In this document: positions 54,601 through 61,147 of the stretch, piece by piece
Position numbering within the stretch: position 1 is the stretch's first letter
Layout: every line of letters starts with the position of its first letter
Assembly: GCA_964016885.1 (NCBI GenBank)
Contig: OZ024759.1
Span: 35,650,001-35,714,000, forward strand
Length of the DNA stretch: 64,000 nt
From: Eledone cirrhosa
Lineage: Eukaryota
Direction: 5' to 3'
Notes under the pieces: generated by a model
Database searches by the model: none
Told to the model about the DNA's origin: nothing
Seen by the model: the letters and a program-made list of their open reading frames with translations, nothing else
Translations under genes and position numbers: made by a program

Positions 54601-56009
54601 TAGTGGGTCGGACGCCATGCTTTGCAGCATAGAGTTACGGCCTTTTACGTTCCGAGTTCAAATCCTGCTGAGGTTAACTTTGCCTTTCATCCTTCATGCT
54701 TACAGGGTCGATAAAATAAAATACCAGTAATGCACTGGGGTAATTGCTGGCCTTGTGTCAAAAGTTAAAACAATTATAAATAACAGTTGAAAAAAAAAAA
54801 AAAGAAATCAGATAAACACTCCCTTATCATAAAGATGTTTTTTTCTTGGTTGCTCCAAGTAAGGCAATAAAGCCACTAAAATATAAGGGGTTACTGAGAA
54901 GGGAGAAAGACAAGACAGAGGGAACATAACCCCAAGTAAGGTAATAAAGCCACTAAAATATAAGGGGTTACTGAGAAGGAAGAAGGACAAGACAGAGGGA
55001 ACATAGTCCCTAGTAAGGCAATAAAGTCACTAAAATATAAGGGGTTACTGAGAAGGGAGAAGGACAAGACAGGGGGAACATAGTCCCTAGTAAGGCAATA
55101 AAGTCACTAAAATATAAGGGGTTACTGAGAAGGGAGAAGGACAAGACAGAGGGAACATAGTCCCTAGTAAGGCAATAAAGCCACTAAAATATAAGGGGTT
55201 ACTGAGAAGGGAGAAGGACAAGACAGAGAGAATGTCTCAGCAAAGAATCATTGAACAGATTTTACGGACAAAACCAACAGGTAGGAGACCCAGGTGTAGA
55301 CTGTGCAAGATGGTTGGATAACATCCATGAGCTTGGCTGGTCACACTTGGGGATCCAGCCAGATCAGTTGGAGTCAGTTGCTTCTGACAGGACATTCTGG
55401 AAGGAGTGTTTGAGGACTCTGCCCCCACGACACTCTCAGGAATAAGTGGGTGAAGACGAAGAGAAGAAGAGAACTAACTGTCTATTAGTAATGATACTAT
55501 AAATATTTTAATTATAACCATTTTTAGATATGTTTTATTAATTCATAACATCCTTACAGGGTGTTATGAATTAATAAAATATGGAATTATAGAGAATCTT
55601 AGTGATTGACATAACATAATAGGATGTTAAATGAAAAATTGAAAGATTAACATAAGAAAAGAAACTCTAAAAAAATCTGTTGAGTTTGTCGTGAGAAACA
55701 TACAGAAGGAGATTATTGTATTGATAATATTATTGATTGCTTATTGAACATAAAGCTGGAAAAGTTTTATTTAAATCTATTAATACCGACATACTATGAT
55801 GTGGTATGGAAGTTGGTTGTGTGTGTGTTTGTATGTGTATATGTGCTTGTGTATGTCTGTATGTCTGCGTGTATATTTGTGCATGTGTGTGTGTATTTGT
55901 GTACGTGTATCATCATTATCATCATCATCTTCGTTTAACGTCCATTTTCCACGCTAGCATGGGTTAGACGGTATGTGTGTGTATGTCTGTGTGTGTGTAT
56001 ATCTGTATG

Positions 56010-56040
<31 letters not shown>

Positions 56041-56061
56041 GTATGTATGTGTGTGTATATC

Positions 56062-56122
<61 letters not shown>

Positions 56123-56552
56123 CTATGTATGTATGTGTGTCTGTGTGTATATCTGTATGTATGTATGTATGTATGTGTGTGTATATCTGTATGTATGTGT
56201 GTATATATCTATGTATGTATGTATGTATGTGTGTGTATATCTGTGTGTGTGTGTGTATATATCTATGTATGTATGTATGTATGTATGTATGTATGTATGT
56301 ATGTATGTATGTATGTGTGTGTGTGTGTGTATATCTATGTATGTGTGTTAAGTATCTTATTTTATCAACCCTGTAAGGAAGAAAGGCAAAGCTGACCTCG
56401 GGATTTAAACCCAGAACGTAAAGGGCCATAACTCCATGCCATACAGCATGGTGTCTGACACTTGACTGATACTGCCAAATAATAATAATAAATGCTGCAC
56501 ACATCTCAAGAACACAATAATAATAATAATATTGTTGATGATGATGATGACA

Positions 56553-56584
<32 letters not shown>

Positions 56585-59039
56585 GGTTTCTTTAATTAGT
56601 TGTGAGTGCAAGAGATGATCAGGACAGATGTGCAGATGAGTGAGAGTGAGAGTGTAAGACATGAACAAGGCATCATGACATTCCTAGACAGACATTTCAA
56701 AAATGCAATATATCAAGTGGAAAAAAAAAAGATATTAGAATATCTCGAGTGTGACTATGGACTCACTGGAGTGTGACTTTACTACACTCAACATTGAGTG
56801 ATTGATCCGCTGGAGTGTGACAGACATATTGACATTACTACACTCAACATTGAGTGATGGCTTAACTGGAGTGCGACATTGCTGCACGCAACATTGAGTG
56901 ATGGCTTAACTGGAGTGCGACATTGCTGCATTCAACATTGAGTGATGGCTTAACTGGAGTGCGACATTGCTGCCACTCAACATTGAGTGATGGCTTAACT
57001 GGAGTGCGACATTGCTGCGCTCAACATTGAGTGATGGCTTAACTGGAGTGCGACATTGCTGCACTCAACATTGAGTGATGGCTTAACTGGACTGTGACAT
57101 TGCTGCACTCAACATTGAGCGATGGCTTAACTGGAGTGCGACATTGCTGCACTCAACATTGAGTGATGGCTTAACTGGAGTGTGACATTGCTGCACTGCC
57201 CTCTGGCTCTCCCTCGCAACTGACTTCACCTCCTCCAGGCTCCACAATATCCACTAGGCCCAATCCTTCCTCCCCAGGATGGCATCCCTCTGGAACTCCC
57301 TCCTTGCACATGTCATTCTCAAAGACCTGGACATGTAACAATTTAAACAGAACATCAACAACATTGATCTTTCCAGACCTACCAGATATCAATCTCTCTA
57401 GCCTCAGAGGGCCTGTAATGACTCAGAGGGCCTGTAATGACCAGGGGCACTGTCCTTTGCCTCACACCCGTCTAGAGGATACAATACCACCTATTCTAAA
57501 CCCTTTTGATACCATTTTAAAGGGTTTCTACTACACCTTTTGATACTGACCAACCCCAAATAGCCTCTATGATACAAAACCACCCATTTTAAAGGGTTTC
57601 TATCAACACACACAAACAGGGTCTGGTGGAGGGAGCTGGTTTAGTCGCCGACCACCCAACCCTGAAGCAGGTTGTACTGGGGCACATGATACCAGTAACA
57701 AGCATTAGAAATAGGGCAACAAATGATATATGCAGTGTTTTTCATTAGAAATACAGCAACAAAAGGATTAATCTCCATTCTTCATGTGTAATCAGTCTAA
57801 ATATATAGTCTTTCTGTGAATAACCAAATAAATCAAGTTCCAAGAAAACAAAACCAATGACATCAAAAGCAGAGGAACCAGAAAAAGCAACAAATACAAA
57901 TATAAATATGTGACATAAACCCACAAGAGTAAACCCACATGCAGATGGGTTTAATCAAATAATAAGTAACCCTCTTTAAGACATCTAAACAGTAAATGTG
58001 CAGGAGTTTGCATGTGCTACATGTATACTGAGAACATAATGCAGAGAGTTGGTGTCATGCGGGTTTCTAGAAATATAAATGCTGGGTTTTTTTTTCTTTT
58101 TCACATAATGGTTTCTAATTAAGGCACAAGGCCAGTAATTTTGGGAGAGAGAGAGGGGGGGGGGGGGGGAGTGTCGATTAACCCTTTAGCATTTAAACCG
58201 GTCAGAATTCTCTCACCTCTTTCTGTTCAAACTGGCTGTAACTGGCCACGCATACTTATGTTAAGGTATTGTTCTCAAAGTAGATATCAAAATCTCAAAT
58301 TCGATATCATATGAGATATGTGAGGTAAAGCCTCTACGGTAAAAATACAATAGTATATATAGAGTAATGTAAATGGTAAAGGGTTAAATCGACCCCAGTG
58401 ATTTACTGGTACTTTATTTTATCGACCTCAAAAGGATGAAAGGTAAAGTTAACCGTGGCAGGATTTGAACTCAGAAGTAAAGGGCCGTAACTCCATGCCA
58501 CAAAGCATGGCGTCGCCACTATACTGGGTTTCTAATTTAGGCACAAGTCCAACAGATTTTCTTGGGGGAGAGAGGAAAGTTAATTAAACTGACCTCAGTG
58601 TATTACTGGTACTTTATTTTATCGACCCTGTAAGGATGAAAGGCAAAGTTAACCTCGGTGGGATTTGAACTCGGGCCATAAAGGGAGGTAACTATGCTGC
58701 AAAGCATGGCGTCAGACCCTCTACCAATACTGCCAATAATAATAAGGATTTCTACTTCAGGAACAAGGCCAACAATTTTGGCAGGGTTGGGGGTGGGGGG
58801 TATATCGACCTCAATACTCCACTGGAAGGACGAAAAGTAAAGTTGGCCATGGAGGGATTTGAAACCAGAATATAGAAGGACGTGGATGAAATACTGCAAG
58901 GTATTTCATCTTATGTACTGCCTTGAGGAGAAGAAAGAGAAGAAGAAAGAGAAGAAAAAGAAAAGAAAGAGAAGAAAGAAAAAGAAAAAGAAGAAAGAGA
59001 AAAAGAAAAGGAGGAAAAAGAAGAAATAGTAAGAATTAA

Positions 59040-59074
<35 letters not shown>

Positions 59075-59183
59075 AAATAATAATAATGAGAAATTGGATG
59101 AAATACTCTAAATGCAAAATTAAGATAAGAAAAAAAAAGACATTGATATAATAAGCAGTACTGACAACATGCTAAAATAGTAT

Positions 59184-59220
<37 letters not shown>

Positions 59221-59585
59221 ATATATATATATATGTGTATATATATATGTATTTTATACCTTGACACGGAGTAACTGGCTAATGTGGGTTTCCATGTCGA
59301 CTGGGTTGGGCTGGACATCAAAGAGATAAGCGGCAATAACAAGACGATAAAATGAGAGATGAAGAACATGAAGAGAAATGAGGAGAAATGAGGAGAAAAT
59401 GGAGGAAGTGGGTTGCAGGTAGGGTTGGGGGAGGGTTCGGTTAGAGGAGAGACACAGAGAAGATAAGAGAGAAAAGAGAAGATAACAGGAGATTAGATAA
59501 GCTTGAATGGGTGAAGAAATAAGAGAAGGAAGGGAAATAATAAACAATAAAGACTGGCATGTAGTTTAATAATTAATAAATTACT

Positions 59586-59641
<56 letters not shown>

Positions 59642-61111
59642 TTGTGTATGGCTCTGAACATTAATCAGTATACACTGAGGATGAAGAACTCAGAGCTGTA
59701 TGGGAGCCTCCCAAAAGTCAGCTCAAAAGTGACACAGAGGAGACTGAGGTTAGCTGGACATGCTCACCAACATTCAGAGTTGACACTGCACTCAGTGCTC
59801 CTGTGGGAGCCCTTGCATGGACACACAGGAAGAGGAAAACCGAGATTAACATATGTTGATGCCCTCAGGACAGACACTGGTCTGTTGGAGACGCAGGACA
59901 TGGCAGCAACAATGAGGGACAGAGACTGCTGGATCTCGGGAATTTAACCTGCCCTAGATATATATATATATATAATATACACATACATATATAGATATAC
60001 ACATATACATATATAGATATATATATAAATAAAATTTGATTTGGTGCTCCGACATAACAATATACTTATGAATGTACTTATATTTAATGATATACGGGAT
60101 GTTAATGAAAAACATTTGAAGGCCTTTCACTAAAAATGTTTAAAGATGTGACAATAGCCACATACTTAGCCTCAGCAAAAGCAGGGGGAGGTAATCGATG
60201 ATGACATCATTTCTCACTTGTTAGTGTTTATCAACATTACATATGTCCCTGTTATTCCTGAAGCTTAAGTAAGCTAGAATCTTATAGATCTCTGCTGATG
60301 TTTATGAGCTGATGAAACTCATTTGCATGTCTGTGTTTCTAGACTAAACTTTAGTTAGTGATATATTTTAGGGATCTAACTGTATTTCTAGACTAAACTT
60401 TAGTTAGTGATATATTTTAGGGATCTAACTGTATTTCTAGACTAAACTTTAGTTTGTGATATATTTTAGGGATCTAACTGTATTTCTAGAAAAAAACTAT
60501 GTGGGTAGGGGGGAGGGGGGGGACTAATAGTTAATTAGGAAAGAAAAGTATTTCAATGAGCAATAATGAAAGTTGTTAAAATTTAGATGGAATTAACGAT
60601 GATGTTAATTAATGGAAAGAAGAAAGTTTTTAATAATTAAAAATTAATTAGTAGTAAAATGTTTAATTTTCTTAATTTACCTTCAATTCTTCCATTTCGT
60701 CTTTCATTTTAGTAACTTGTGAGAGAGACGGATTTTGAATTTGTGGTGTAAGGAATGTCGTCAGCATCTCTTCACTGGTATCCAACCAATCACAAAGATC
60801 CTTCCAAGATTCTTCAAACTAAAACAAACAAAAAATGACAAACAATTATATAAACTAGCTGACCTCATGGAAATTCAATATACACACATACACACATATA
60901 TATATATATATATATATCTGCTGGGCACACAAGCAATAGGACTTGTGTTTTTTTCCCCTCCAGTGACATATCAAACATATCGGATATCATCTGAGGATAT
61001 CGTTCTCATAACAACAGCAAATGAATGAAGGACATCTCTATTGCATGGGGAACCGTGGAAATAATTATAATGATTAAATGATATATGTAACCTCAGCATC
61101 TTATTTTGTCA

Positions 61112-61147
<36 letters not shown>

